NCBI GenBank assembly: GCA_973895155.1
Contig: OZ316891.1
Location: forward strand, 26,529,972-26,593,971
DNA from: Marsupella aquatica
Taxonomy: Eukaryota > Plantae > Marchantiophyta
Direction: 5' to 3'
DNA: 64,000 nt
In this document: positions 24,729 through 39,170 of the stretch, one piece after another
How the letters are laid out: each line of letters opens with the position of its first letter
Position numbering within the stretch: the first letter of the stretch is position 1
The notes under the pieces: model-generated
Database searches by the model: none
The model's input: the letters and a program-made list of their open reading frames with translations, nothing else
Told to the model about the DNA's origin: nothing
Translations under genes and position numbers: made by a program

Positions 24729-27700
24729 ATGGTCGCTCCTGACCTGGACGCGGAGACTCAGGCAAAAGTTTTGCGGCAGGTATGTACAGGGTAGTATGGG
24801 TTTTGGTTGCGGCTGCACATTTCGGCGCTTGCTGTCTTTTCTGATGTGAACTTACAGTGTTTCTGTCGTGCCATAGGTGGAGTTTTACTTCAGCGATAGC
24901 AATCTTCCAGGCGACAAATTTTTGCTGAAATGCATTGAGGAGAGCGATGATGGATGTATCCGTTTCACCTAGTAATTTGACAAGTGTTTCAGTTCACTAG
25001 TAGGAATTTCATGTCGGCCCACGTATCGTATTGTTGTTTTAAGAGGGAATGAATTGGCGAAATAAAGAAATAATGGATTCAATCAATCAATCAATCAATC
25101 AATCAACTGCATTCAGGTCCTGTCCCTTTTGGCAGGCCCGGTGCGATACATTACGCCCTTTCTCGTTGCTTTGAGTGAAGTATTGGTGTGAAATTATTTT
25201 CAAGGATAAAGCACGAGATGCATTCTCTCTAGATCCATCACTAGGAGCAGTCAAGACCAGAAGTCGCAGAGCTCAGTGCCATAAAGAGCGGAATTATCAA
25301 TTGGAAAACCAATGTGGGCATGAAAAAAGAAAGTAAGCACCAATTAGCGACTGAGTCTACCACTTGCCAATGGATGAATAAATTGTTAAGTTAAAGTTGT
25401 TGGACGGCGACGGGGTTTTCAGAGACAGACGACGGACAATGTTAAAGTGAACGTATACAGTGTTGTGTATAGATATGGCAGATAAAGATTTGCATTTTGG
25501 TATGGAATTGCAAGAATTTGGAAGTTTAACTTGACGAACTGAGACAGTGGTCAGCTTGCCCCTCGTTTGCTCGTTTTCGCGCATGAGGAGTCACCTGGGC
25601 CTCAAAGAACATGGGCCCGAGAATGTGACCTCCGAAACTACGTCCGCAGTTGCTGGCGTCCTCCGTCAGTCCAATGCACTTCGACTTTCTGAGGACGGTG
25701 AGACTCGTGGCGCCTCTGTGCTCTCCGCTTGCCTTTCGCTCGGCAAGGTTTCCTCTTGTTGTTCGCCAGTTCCTGTGTGGGATAAGGCATGAACTTTTCG
25801 TAATCTCTAAAATCAACGTTTGTAAGCTTTACGTGCCTTCTGAAACCTGAAGTTCTCATGGATCTGTGCAGGCACTAAAGTCGGACGAGTGGCGAAGCTG
25901 AAAAGCCCTGACGAAGTGCTAGCAGAAGTCAATGCTCGCAGCATCGCTGCCAACCCTCTGCCCCGCAACATCACGATAGACGAAGTAGAAAGTTTCTTCA
26001 AAGAGCATTGCAAGGTACTGGTTACTCCTGGTCGCCATAATTGATTGGTGGGTATTGATGATTCGAGTCTTGTCTTATCATTCCCGGGCGAAGACAGCCA
26101 GCTAGTTTACATTCTTAGTCTAAACCCTAAACCCTAAACTTGGATTCGACATGCAGCGATCCTGTGTCTGTTTCTGTTCAGTGTTTTGGCAACAGGATTC
26201 ATTGAGTTTTGCTGAGAGTTTTTGAAGCAATATGTGTCCATTAACTGGCGCTGGTTTGAATTCAGGTCAATAGTGTACGCCTCCCACGGATTGCTGGAGG
26301 GAAAGCATTTTCCGGTTATGCTACCATTGAGCTTTCTTCCGAGGAAGAAGCGCAGAGGGTGATAGGGTTGAAGCTTGTTTTCAAAGGAGCAGATTTGGAG
26401 TTCGAACCAAAGTAAGACATCTCTGCGGGCAACTGTCTTGGATTTGACGACTGTGCTTCAACGATTTGTCTTTCTTGTTTTTGATGCACTGAACTTTATT
26501 ACCTGTGTGTGTGTTTGAAAACTTATTAGGAAATCATTTGATGAGCGGCAAGCCGTCGCTGAGCAGAACGGGCAGAGAAATGGGCAAGTAACGCGAAGCG
26601 GCTCGACGGGAAGGTATTATTACAAAACACGAATCAGAGATTTGCTCTGTTCTATTGCTATATTTGAGCTGTGCTGAACTGGCATTCCATTGCGGATGTG
26701 TAGACTCCCGAACTGTTCTAACAAAGGTGGTCATATCATTCAAATCATAAACCTTACCTGTTAATTGTCGTATGAGTTTGGACTGGGGTTGCAGATAAAA
26801 TCTACAGTTTACTGGTATTGATATTGTTGGCCTTGTTATGATTCTCAAGCTCCCTACGCCTCATTGTGCATATTTTGCTACTGTCTGAGCTGATACTGTG
26901 TATCCATATTACCAACAGCTACCGTCGATAATGTGGACTAGGAAATCAACTATTCAAATTCCAGTTTCTGATTAATTGCGATGGAGCTGTTGCATCCAGA
27001 GCAGGTGAAGATGTAGAGGAGGATGAAGACGATTATCCAAGGGGCCTCCTTGTTTCGTTCAAACTCAAGAAAGTTGCAAAAGCAGGAGACGAAGAAGTAA
27101 CTGCTGAAGCTGAGGAGAAAGATGGCGAAAAACCTGAAGGGGAAAGTAATGTGGAGAAGGATATTGACCCAGAAACACAAGTTGCTCGAGAAGATATTAA
27201 AAGTACCTTGGACAAGTTTGGGAAGATAAATGTATGTGATTTCTTAATGTGCCCACTCCTGTTTTATTTAATGATGTATTCATATCTCTCTACTCGAAAT
27301 CTTTCTAAAAGTTAATGATCTATTCTCATGTTAGATTCCTTGTTACTGCTGTCCTTGAAACTGTGGTCCAAAACACTGGCAAACCTGGATACGCGTCAAA
27401 CCTTGATAACATTGTCGAAGTGGGTTTTCTCTAAACTATTGTAGCTCTGTGTTGATTCCAGTTCGTGGATTTTTCAAGAGGAGATGTATCTGGGTATGCC
27501 CGTTTTGACAAGGCAGATGCAGTACAAAGTGCACGCGCAAGTGCAGTCTTAGCATCTGAAGGGGGATTTATAGTAAAAGAGCATATTCTCTCTCTTAATG
27601 CAGTTGAAGGTTCGTAGATTTCATGCCTTTACATTTGTCATAAACAGTGTTCTGATGGTTTGTCCAAGGTTTGTTTTATTAAGTGGAATGTTCAGATAAA

Positions 27701-28304
27701 TTTGAGGTACCTGTATCTTGAAAGTTTAGTAGTCTCTGGGTCTTCTGTACTCTCTGTATATGCTCAGGTGGTAAGACAACAGTCTGATGTGCCACTCGTG
27801 AAACATAGTCCGTTTCAGCTTGAAATCATTTCATCGCACTTCTGGTGGAATTAAAAATCGCTGACAGGTCACTAAATTGGCGTAATGGGGATTGCAGGAG
27901 AGGAGGAGAAAGAATACTGGAAGAAGCTCAGAGAAGGCCAAGGAAAGAGGCGTGAAAGTGGTGGCAGAGGTGATCGGGGGAGAGGACGGTGAGTGCCAGG
28001 CTTCCCATGAGTCCGATCTTTCGTGGATGTCTTGAATATTGATTCTCTGAGACTGCGATTCTGTGATGGAGTTGCAAAATTAGTGTAAGTTACTTACAAA
28101 GTTATTGGAATGAATTGATTTTTGTGATTGTGCAGGGGTGGCAGATTTGGTAGGGGAAGAGGAGGTGGAGGTGGAGGTAGAGGAAGGGGACGGTGGGATC
28201 GAAACGAAGAGCGTATGAACAACGGCGGGGCAAAGGGCAAGCATAAGCGCTTTAATGAGGACGAGGATTCGCGTGAGACAAAAGCCGCCCGAACAGACCC
28301 ATGA
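24729..28304 (+). CDS. La1: La protein (La motif + RRM1 + RRM2, RG-rich tail), about 10 exons
   Basis: Exons 24729-24779 (MVAPDLDAETQAKVLRQ), 24877-24955 (VEFYFSDSNLPGDKFL), 25548-25697 (LVSLPLVCSFSRMR..LRLSEDG), 25872-26013, ~26266-26410 (VNSVRLPR..FSGYATIEL), ~26529-26613, ~27005-27231 (DYPRGLLVSFKL), ~27462-27609 (FVDFSRGDVSGYARF), ~27898-27988 (EEKEYWKKL), ~28135-28304. Later boundaries are approximate. Confidence 0.93.
25078..25106. repeat. (AATC)n microsatellite in La intron 2
   Basis: About 7 consecutive AATC units. Confidence 0.95.
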
Positions 28305-28739
28305 ATTTTCAGCACTTAACTGGCAAAGTTTTGGTAGTTGCATTAGGTACAGGATCTCATCTAGGAAGTAAAACCCAGTTGCGGTGGGTTCCATATGTAG
28401 AGCGTAGAAGCGAAGCAAGCCTAAAATGTCATCCTGGTGACTTGGCTTTTTGTATCGACGAAATTCCTTGAGGCGGACTTCTTGTAGGGAAGTCCAGTCC
28501 GTGCGTACATGAAGAGTTTGAGAACTGGATGACTATCTAGTCAAAAGTTAAAACGTGACCGTGAAGTAATTAACAATTTTTTGCATTTTATCCAGTATTT
28601 TTAGCGACCTCTGGGTTGATGGATAGGTTCGTCCAAAGGATTTTGGAAGGTGGCTGATCGAATCGTCAAGAACGTGGAGAATAAATCGTATTTTATAAGC
28701 AATTCCTTATGAACCAATATTATAGGGATAGCGAAAGCC

Positions 28740-28900
28740 GCCGTCTTTGCACTCCGATCTCCTTAACCACTCAGTGGTCATTTAGGGTAGGGGCCTTAGC
28801 TAGTGATCTGGGCTGTTTCCCTCTTGACAATGAAACCTATCTTCACTGTCTCACTGCGTGATCTTTACTCAATATTGGGAATTCTATCCGGGATTTAGAG
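28740..28900 (-). pseudogene. Degenerate 23S rRNA fragment, plastid/cyanobacterial-like (probable NUPT)
   Basis: GGTCATTTAGG..GGGCCTTAGCTAGTGATCTGGGCTGTTTCCCTCTTGACAATGAA..TGTCTCACTG matches the reverse complement of plastid-type 23S rRNA domain II as recalled, with a local TAGGG duplication. Confidence 0.75.
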
Positions 28901-30329
28901 TATTCATGCCCCAGATCGTCTCTAGCCGGAAATATTAAAAGTACTCCAAGGCCCTCCACTAGTCGGATCTGCTCCATACCAAAAGGAGATTTGGCCCAAG
29001 AAGATTATTTTTATCGTAGTTTGCATGTTTACTGATGTAAGAGATTTGTAACATACTTTGCGTCAGTCGTGCCATCGCAGGGTCTCCTCTCACTATGTTA
29101 AGGCAAAGGGGTTGTTTATTCATTGACTGCCGTAATGCCATCAATTGATCATTTTGTTAAGCTTTTTATTATCCTGTTATGCAAGGCAATGGAATTGTTT
29201 AGGTCGATGGTTGACGCAACCATTCCACATGGTTTCTTCCTCGCTTCTCTACAATTTAAGCAGATTTATGAATATCTTGAGTCTTATCTTGAGCCCGTGA
29301 GCGCAATGGGTTGTTCAATGACGGGTCCTCTCTGCTTTCAATGACGGGTAATTCTCTCAAGAGAAAGTCACAATGAACGATTTGCACCGTACTTTCTCTA
29401 TAGAGATCCATCTTTCGGTCAGTGGAGTTTCTGAGAAATCAACCCCCTCGCAACTGTCGACAAGAATTTCTGGTAGGACTCGGGAGTACCTGGAATTGAA
29501 CACGACAATTCAACCCACTTACAACATCGATAAGATTTTTTGGTAGGACTCGGGAGTACCTGGAATTGAACGCGACGTACGTGTGCTAGGTAAACAAAAA
29601 GTCCATCCAGTGCTCCACTTAAGACGACTCTATATTGAGCGTCGCATAGAGTGGCAGCCATTTTGTAAATTCACGGGTCAGACTGGATGCACCGACCGTG
29701 GTAACTGCAGATGCATTCCCATTAGTATTGGCTTGGCGTGCTTCGTCACATCCAAGAGAGGACAAGTGCTAGTTCCGAACTGGCTCGTCAAAACACATCG
29801 TCGTCAAAACACATCCAGTTACTTCACGGCGGATAAATTAGCTATCAGTTCAATTCTTTGTTCATAAAAGAGTCGGTTCAACCACAGATGTTGGGTGGTC
29901 TCGAAATTCTAATTTTTCTTTTTGTTCGAAACCTGCTCGAGTCTGATGCTTCAACACCCGACTCCTTTCGCCTCCGCAATGTAGCTGAACAATTGGTGGA
30001 AAGTCCTTGGCGGGAGCACCTTTGTAAATTTGAGTTTCTATCCTGCTTGGAAATTCCTAAATACCAGAAGGCACTGCTCAATCCCACTCGGGACTTCTCT
30101 CCAGACGACTTTCCAGGACAATCTTTGTTATCGCCGCTTTATTCTGCCTTTCTAGGGCATTTTATCAATTTTGGCGGCCACAAAGCCGGGTGCCGTGTGG
30201 CTCCTCCAGGTGTACCAAGGGCCAGATTAGATTTTAGGCCGCCATAGCAACTACTCTGCAGGACGAAAGCCGGTTGCCAGTGAAGATACCCTTGTCGGTG
30301 CAACATGAATTCTGAAGGTCGGGTCACTA

Positions 30330-32480
<2,151 letters not shown>

Positions 32481-32910
32481 CGTGCTGGACGTACGATTGG
32501 TCACGATCAAGCGAACTGCAGGAGCCATCATTGCATTTCAGACATTTAAGTACGTCAAAATTCAGAGATCATGGAATGCTTTTGACAAGACGCTCAACCC
32601 AAAAGCGCCGTAGTAGTGAACGAAAAAGAGACGACTGTCAGTGCATAGATCGAGCTAAGAATTCTTCGAGGGAGCTAGAGGGGATGATTCGACCTCGTTG
32701 CGAGCGACTTCAACGAGACGGAGTGTAAAATTAATAGAGCTGTGTAGATTGCTACCCAGAGCTTCAAAGAAACGCTGCAACCTACCACTGTTGTTGCGTA
32801 CGAATTTGACGAATCAAGCGAGCGCTCCCGAATTGTGTGTGAGAGAGAGAGCTCGCAACGAGAGCTCAAGAGCAGATGCTCGTGCACCAAAAGTACAACG
32901 AGGTGGAGAT

Positions 32911-32958
32911 GGTTTAGGGTTCCTTGTTGCCCCAGCGCCTCTCGATGGTCTAGGGTTT
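32911..32958. promoter_or_regulatory. Telo-boxes upstream of SerRS
   Basis: GGTTTAGGGTT (32911) and CTAGGGTTT (32950), about 430-480 bp upstream of the main ATG. Confidence 0.5.
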
Positions 32959-33552
32959 CTTTTGGTCCTGGATCAGCGCTTTTTGTATTTTCTGAGTACT
33001 TTTTACGGTCCACTTAGAGATTTTTGTAAATTTATAAATAACAAGAAAATTATATATCACCAGACAATTCATGTTAGTTGTATTTTATTTATGGATGGTG
33101 TTAATTGTGCAACGTGGGTTGTCACTTGTGTGATGATTAAGAACACACATGTGACTAGCTTGAAGAATATAGATTGTTTCTATGCACAAATGATACATGT
33201 TTTATGGTGCCAAATTCTAATATAAACTTGGATAGTACATAAGGCAAAAATGTGACAAGAAATTATTTAGAACTATTGATAGTGTTTGATCAATGGTCAG
33301 CACTTTGTAACGTGGTTCAGTCCGTAATCAATGGACAGGTTTTACTTGTACAAAAAATGTAATGTGTGTTTGACGGATAAGGCGTGCAAGAATTGTAACG
33401 CATGTGGGGTTGATGCCACTTGCCACGCGCAAGTGATAATTATTGCTTGTGAAGTAATAATTAGGTTGTGTCCAATATGTGTCAATAAACTCGACTATGT
33501 TACGTCGCCATATTTTGATAGATTCTTTGTCTATTGATGAGTTTGTTATTGT

Positions 33553-34402
33553 ACCTTTATCTTTACGGACCCCACTAGAGGTCCCTTCCAAAATTCCTGG
33601 CACCACAGCGTGTCACGTCAACAACAAAGCAACAAACAAGACTCGTCGGTTTTGTGAATCAAACTTATAGTTTTCATTCGTGTTTGTGTCAATTTGAGTG
33701 TAAATTTTGGGACGCCATGCCGTAAAAAGAAAAGTAAAAACATTGGAAATGCAAAGAGCAAGATGGTTAAAATTGTCACTATGTAACCGTTTTAGTTACA
33801 TTTCCAATTTTAAAACTTAAATTCAAAGATTTATAAAAAGTATTTTTCATATAATAAATAATGACTAATAACTAACTTGATAACTTCCTTGTTAAACCAC
33901 AACTCCCGGTATGTAAGGACCTCTCATATTGTACGGCCATTAATGTTGGGAAGAGCACATAGAAACCCAGGACCGGGGAGGAGGAATGGCTGGAATCTTG
34001 AAAGTTCATCGAATTTTATACTCAAAATTATTTACTCATTCTCAAAACAAAAAATACCCAGTCGTAGATCTCATTGAGATCTTTCTTTTGCACCCTAGAT
34101 CGCCTTCTAACATGGATGAATAAGATTTCTAGAGGCATTACAAAATGGATGGCAAAGATCGTAAAATCAACAAAATCGACGGCTAGAAAGGTTTGGATTT
34201 TGTTTAATTTTTCATTTGAAAAATATTAACCCATTTGCAAAACGGACAGAACACATCCTTAGATCTATTTGAGATCTTTCTTTTGAGCCATAGATTGGCC
34301 ATTATGATGGACGGACGATATTTCCGGAGATAAGAAATGGAGATGGCTCAGATCCACTCTTCCCCCTGATTTTATTAGCCAAGGGGTCCACGAACTAATT
34401 GT
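33553..34402. mobile_element. Non-autonomous TIR-like repeat, copy 1
   Basis: The left 230 bp align with 44745-44985 (TTTAC.GACC.CCA.TAG.GGTCC.TT.CAAAATTCCTGGC.CCAC ... CATTCGTGTTTGTG ... GCCATGCCG). The right end GGGGTCCAC is an imperfect inverse of the left GGACCCC. Confidence 0.55.
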
Positions 34403-35079
34403 ATTTATGAGACATGCATAACACCTTCAAGTAGCCTTATTGTGAAGGTGCGTGAAAACATTAAATAAGGGCCAAGCGTAATGTTTAACTAATGTTTTTT
34501 TGGGGGGTCTTTAAACAACCCACCACAGACAATTATAAAGCGTTGCCATATATGGATGGATTAGTTGGATTTGTTGTCTAAGTAGATTTGCTATTATGTA
34601 GGTAGATAAGACGTGTTAGGTGTTCGAACGAGTATCCAAGGCATGCTCGCACAGTTCCAATGGACTGATTGAGTATAAATTGGCCACTTCAGTCTATGTT
34701 TGATGCATTTGACAAAGTAAGTGTACGCACATTCAATTGACGATGTTTGATTCTATGTTAAGTTCTGGACTACTTTGCTTCAATGTGGGCCACTTGATCA
34801 TTTTGTCTGTCATTGATATGTGTTACTTTACATGTCACAATGCATATATTTATCTATCGTGTTTAGTGCAAGATCTTGAGTTGTTGGCATGCTACAATCA
34901 ACATTCCTGAGCTTTAAATTTTTGCGACAAATTGGTGAGAGATAAATATTCTCTATGAGCTATGTCTTTACGTTCATTAAACTTGCGTCGGGAAAATTGC
35001 GTGACAACAAACATTTAATCTGCAAAGGAATTCAACTAGACCGTCTGCAAGGCATTGGCCAAATGTTGATATCTTATGT

Positions 35080-37655
35080 AGGGAATGGAAGGGCCTATGT
35101 CAAAAAACCATTCGGAACATGACATGTTGTGGAAATTGTGGATTTGTATGTTATGGAAATAACTTAGAACATAAATTGTTTGAAATTGTGCGTGTAGATA
35201 GTACAGGAGTAGCTCCGTATGCATATTGTAATGCATTTCTAATACCTTACATACGCATTGATAACATGCATTACAATATATGCATGGCTTGTGTAAAGGA
35301 TATAGATAGAGGAAGTCTATTATCCTTCATGTCACCTTCATATATTCGGTCTATTCTAAAAGCAAAACCCCTGTATCTACAACTCTTATTTTTTAATAGA
35401 TTGTCGATTGGGGATAATGAACAAGTTTAATGGGTTTCATTCAGGTTTTGTAAGCAACAAGAGCTTACTAGATAGTTTGCTTATTTGTTGGAATCTAAAT
35501 ACATTACGGTGTAATAATATTGGTATGATTATGAATCAGGTTTACGAGGTGTTTGCGACTAACTTGCTTGTTAACAAACTATTTAAAAGATATTTTTGTC
35601 TGCTTGAAATGCCAGATCCTTCACTTGGAGTTTGTATTCTAACACCTGATGTAGTGCAGAATATCTACAAAAGAATAAGGAATTGCAACTTATTCTATGA
35701 CAGTCAATCCATATGATCCAGATATTTAGATACTTCATGATGTGTCATATTCAATACCTGTATCTAGGAAGCGTACGTAAGTATGATCTTTTTGAGTCTG
35801 GAAACCTGCACTTTACGAATGCTATATTACTAAGAGAGCTAATGATGACTAACGGGGATGGTGTGTCTGAAGACCAGGATGTGACATTCGAGACAACAAT
35901 GTTTCCATTTTTATTCCCTCATCAACATGGTCATTACCGCAGTGGTATAACATTTGCTGAGTATATTAAGAGAAGAACTCAACAATTGTTTAGTCCATTT
36001 ACGCTATACAAACCATATATGCTTATTAGTTACCAACTACGACAGTCGATACAGCTAGCTTCAATGACAAAAACTTTTATATTAGATAAAGAGTATAATA
36101 CACTTAGAAGCGTTAAACCAGACCTAACAGAAGAGGAAATTTTCCGATTGATGATAAGCAGAATATATCATGCTCAGTCCCGGGTAGTCCAGGTTGGCAT
36201 AGTAGTCATTTGAAGGATCTGATGTGCACTAGCCCCGACTACCCGTTCTTTGAACGTGAATAGCGGAGAGGACAATAAAAATATTATCAAAATATATTCT
36301 CTATTCATATTCTTTGAAGGTTAATGAAATGATAAAAAAAATCATCATTTTAATAGTCATATATAATATACCATTCTCCTTTATGTGCACATCAGTCTTT
36401 TTGTATGCACATCCACTTCTATGCACTATGTTGTGGTGGGGCCATAGTGCCATATTTTTTTTAATGTAAATACTTAAAAATTATCACAAAATTTTTGCAT
36501 GTATCAGTTGACATACATCATAGTCATGTCACCAATTTTTCCCATGCACATGATGGCCATAGAGTTATGGTCTAGAGGCTTCACTCTAGACCTAGGCTCT
36601 TAAAAGTAGACTTCAATTGGCGCTTTTATAGTAAGATGGTTCAGTATTGGGGTTTGCCTTCGTTTTTCCTCACTCTTACTTGTGATGAAGTGAGCCCTAC
36701 TAGATGGGTAGAGATTGATGACCTAGAGAAAGTTGTAAAGTCTATCAATGCAACCTCAACATGGAAAGATTGTCCTGTAGAGTGTGCAATGATATTCCAT
36801 ACCCGTGTTCAAAGTTTTCTTAGAAAGTACATTCTTTGCAGTGAAAATGGTGTCTTAGGAAAAGTGGAACATTACATTGCCCGGTATGAATGCCAAGGTA
36901 GGAACTCTTTGCATGGACATATTCTGCTTTGGTGTACTTTAGATGATGTAGATAGGGTCAGTAGTGGATCTAGGCATACATTCCAGCTCATTTTGATGAT
37001 AGTTCGGTAAGTTTATTGAACAATTTGATAACCTGATGACCAAATTATTGTATGGATATGTCAAAGCAACTGCATCGTTGCAAGGAAGGAGTGTGTATTC
37101 ATACTGATAGTGATACCAGTTTATGATATTGTAAAATGGGGTTTTCCGCATAAATTGCACATGGAGAAGAGTCCTTCTATTGACCCTGTGAGTGGAAAAT
37201 GGTGATATTTTCGTCCAGGAGTGGAACACAAAAATGTTGTTCCATATCATCCTGCCATTTTATCATTGTGAGAATATTGATATTTCAATGAAGTTGCTAA
37301 CGGTAGTAGTGGAGAAGTACATGATTTGCTTTTTTATGAGAATGACTTGTCTACAATAATTATTAAACTGCATAGTAACGGCAAACTAGTAAGAGTTGTG
37401 AGATCTTGTACTAAATACAAAAGAATCAAAAACATGATTAGTTACCAGAAGTCAACATTTCCACTAATGTTAGGATATTCAATGACTGGACGTAAATCAC
37501 AAGGATGTACTTTAACTAGAAAAGTTCTGGTTGTTCTAACTGAAGTGTTTGCTCCTGGTCTAACATATGTGATGTTGAGTCGTGTTACAAATAGGAAGAA
37601 TTTAAAAATTGTGGGTAAGTTATCTCCTTTGGATTTTACTGTCTTTAGAGAATGA
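35080..37655 (+). mobile_element. Decayed Helitron-type Rep (HUH)/PIF1 helicase gene, internally deleted
   Basis: N-terminal CxxC..CxxC; FETTMFPFLFPHQHGHY; PGSPGWH..LKDLM; GLPSFFLTLT; HUH motif YECQGRNSLHGHILLW (36912-36920); KNVVPYHPAILSL; PIF1 C-terminal motifs FPLMLGYSMTGRKSQGCTL and GLTYVMLSRV. Several stops and frameshifts; the Walker A/B region is missing. Confidence 0.9.
36227..36633. mobile_element. About 400-bp AT-rich insertion splitting the Helitron Rep frame
   Basis: The Rep frame ..HLKDLM(C) breaks off at 36226 and resumes as MVQYWGLPSFF at 36636. The insert starts CACTAG. Confidence 0.6.
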
Positions 37656-37695
37656 GATGTAGTAAGTTGGGGAATGACATGTGCAAATCTTTTGA

Positions 37696-38537
37696 AATGG
37701 CACCAAAGAGGAACTTCCACAACACAGAGAACTTGAAAGCAATTGAGAATGTTGTTTTCAATTACGGAAATGGTACACAACAATCTCCAGTCAACTTGGC
37801 ATCTGAATTGTCTCCTAAAGTGAAAGTAAGAACAATGGCAACAGAACATGGAACCCCGACAACCAAAGAGTTTTTACAAATGATCCTTGTTGATATCAAG
37901 CATGAAGGCACAAAAGATAAAGGGGAGGAACCAATGAAGGAGCCTACACCAAAACAAATTAGCTATGCAGATTCATGGGGATAGAGATGACAGTGGGAAG
38001 GTGGTATAAGTGTGAAGGGCACAAGTCTTCTCATTGATGCTAAAAAGGAATAACAACAAATGTTTTTGGATATGCATGGAGAGTATCCGGCATCTGGTAT
38101 GAATCTTACTTTCTAAATTGTTTCTAGCTATATATACATGGCAAATTCTTTTTACTAGATTATATATTCTGTGATTCTTATGTACATCTGGACTTGTGTG
38201 CAAGCATTGTAAAAGAATGTCTACGTTACAAACATGTTTCATTTGATATGAAACACTGACAAGGAAAGAGAGTATGAAATTACTGAAATGTCATACAAGA
38301 GGAGCAGCGATAGATCAGTTGAGACAGCTACGTCATTCATTCAAAGTACCTGTGGACATTTTGGTCAATTTGACAACAAACCAGGCAGGGAAAGTCATTG
38401 CTCAAATGAACAACAAACGAGATGCAGGTGGATTACGAGATATTCCAAAGCGTTCTTTGTTTGATGATGGTGCTACTTCTAGCTTTCCTGGAAGTATTAA
38501 GATAGAAGTATCTCCAGGAAAACGTAAATATACATAG
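37696..38537 (+). pseudogene. Unknown degenerate accessory ORF directly downstream of the helicase
   Basis: Fragments MAPKRNFHNTENLKAIENVVFNYG.. and ..MKLLKCHTRGAAIDQLRQLRHSFKVPVDILVNL..SPGKRKYT* start about 40 bp after the helicase stop; the sequence between them is disrupted. Confidence 0.4.
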
Positions 38538-39170
38538 AACACATACATTTTAACTATATGTAGTGTTTGTGGATGCTATCATAAGTGTGAGACTATTTGC
38601 TACTTTAGTTTGTGGAGATCAGCACACAAAAAACATTTCACCACGCTATATTGTACTACCTTTTAAGTACATGACTGATTCGGTGACAGAAAAAGTAATT
38701 GCCTGAGTGAATAGTCACTATGACAATTATATCTTTGTGAGACAATCTAAATTACTGCATTTTGAGTAGTAGTGTGAATTTGATTGGACTGTTAATTTAA
38801 ATGTGTTTCAGGTGAAGAATCTGGTTGCGGTTCATGTGACAATAGTGTTATGATTGTTTACATCATGATTACTAGTACTCAAACTGAATGCATAGACAAT
38901 CAAGAATTCATCGTAGTGGGCTAGTTAGCGGAGGTTGTGAAGGAAAAGCCATGTATCGATGGAAATATGATCGGTTGTTGAAAATGTTTTTCAAGCCAAC
39001 ATTCCAGGAAGAAGAGGCTCGTATGGAACTTTTGGAAGAGCTTTGGGATGTTTATCAAATAGTTGAGAATAGAAGTTGTCAAAAATGTAGTCCAAAATAG
39101 ACTAAAAAATTTGTTTTTAATCATTTGTAAAGGTCTAGCAACGTTAAGTTTTGGTGATCATTACTAGAGA

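Noticed and set aside
32698-33225. 175-aa ORF divergent from SerRS
   Set aside because: It has a non-ATG start, crosses promoter telo-boxes into AT-rich repeat DNA, and shows no domain signal.
36227-36633. CACTA superfamily assignment for the insertion in the Rep gene
   Set aside because: It starts CACTAG, but the right end is TAGTA with no extended TIR or clear 3-bp TSD; kept as an unclassified insertion.
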